A DNA stretch of 63,074 nucleotides, counting the filler, from Sphacelaria rigidula (taxonomy: Eukaryota), in NCBI GenBank assembly GCA_964200075.2. It is 10 parts of 10 records of this genome, joined end to end, with 100 filler letters (N's around TTAATTAATTAA, not from the genome) between each part and the next. Parts side by side here need not be neighbours in the genome. Positions count along the whole stretch, not along the records: positions 56,858 to 63,074 come from CAXNAA020021447.1; 9 more parts are not named here. One strand, 5' to 3'. The position numbers were made by a program, and so were the translations under genes. Of the stretch, positions 62,873 through 63,074 are shown piece after piece. Below the pieces are notes generated by a model that saw nothing but the letters and a program-made list of their open reading frames with translations, made no database searches and was not told the DNA's origin. Position 1 is the first letter of the stretch; each line of letters starts with the position of its first letter.

Positions 62873-63074
62873 ACCGGTCGCCCCTGTGGCTCAGTTGGTA
62901 ACCTCGAGACCTTCTGACGGTTGGGTCGTGGGTTCCATTCTCGGAGCGATCTGGGATTCTTCTCACATCATGCCCAACAGTGGAGAGCGACTATGTCGTG
63001 GGTACACAAAATTGGGCTTAACGGTCGACCAGGGAAAGGAACTGCTGAATCCCTCTCGCGATAAAAAATAAAGG
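62873..63074 (+). mobile_element. tRNA-derived SINE, 5' part (cut by window end)
   Basis: ACCGGTCGCCCCTGTGGCTCAGTTGG...GGGTTCCATTCTCGGAGCGATC...CGCGATAAAAAATAAAGG matches the other copies. Confidence 0.85.

Overview
Eukaryotic draft-assembly sequence, most likely a brown alga or related stramenopile. This is inferred from the intron-rich genes with kb-scale introns, (CCCTAA)n telomere-type repeats and the repeat landscape; the organism cannot be proven from this window. The window is not a contiguous locus. It is ten contigs of 6218 bp (first four) or 6217 bp (last six), joined by 100-bp artificial spacers (44 N + TTAATTAATTAA + 44 N), so adjacency across spacers has no biological meaning. 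Recognisable genes are all partial and spliced: a choline transporter-like (CTL/SLC44) 5' end (+), a gamma-tubulin complex GCP4 3' end (-), eight exons of a Vac8-like armadillo-repeat protein with two GC donor sites (+), and the mitochondrial F1-ATPase delta subunit 3' end (+). The rest is mostly repeats: two decayed Ty3/Gypsy elements, a near full-length decayed Ty1/Copia with both LTRs and a nested hAT-type MITE, four copies of a tRNA-derived SINE, non-LTR retroelement 3' ends, several MITE/foldback elements, and a ~580-bp satellite array with higher-order structure. The most notable observations are: (1) a Gypsy integrase followed by a chromo-like segment and a Tudor-like domain; (2) a Harbinger-like element built from tandem ~230-250-bp hairpins with (CAG)n/(CTG)n arms; (3) a LINE-like family whose copies end in poly(C); (4) the ~580-bp satellite. 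I found no CRISPR array, prokaryotic operon or clearly new multi-gene system.
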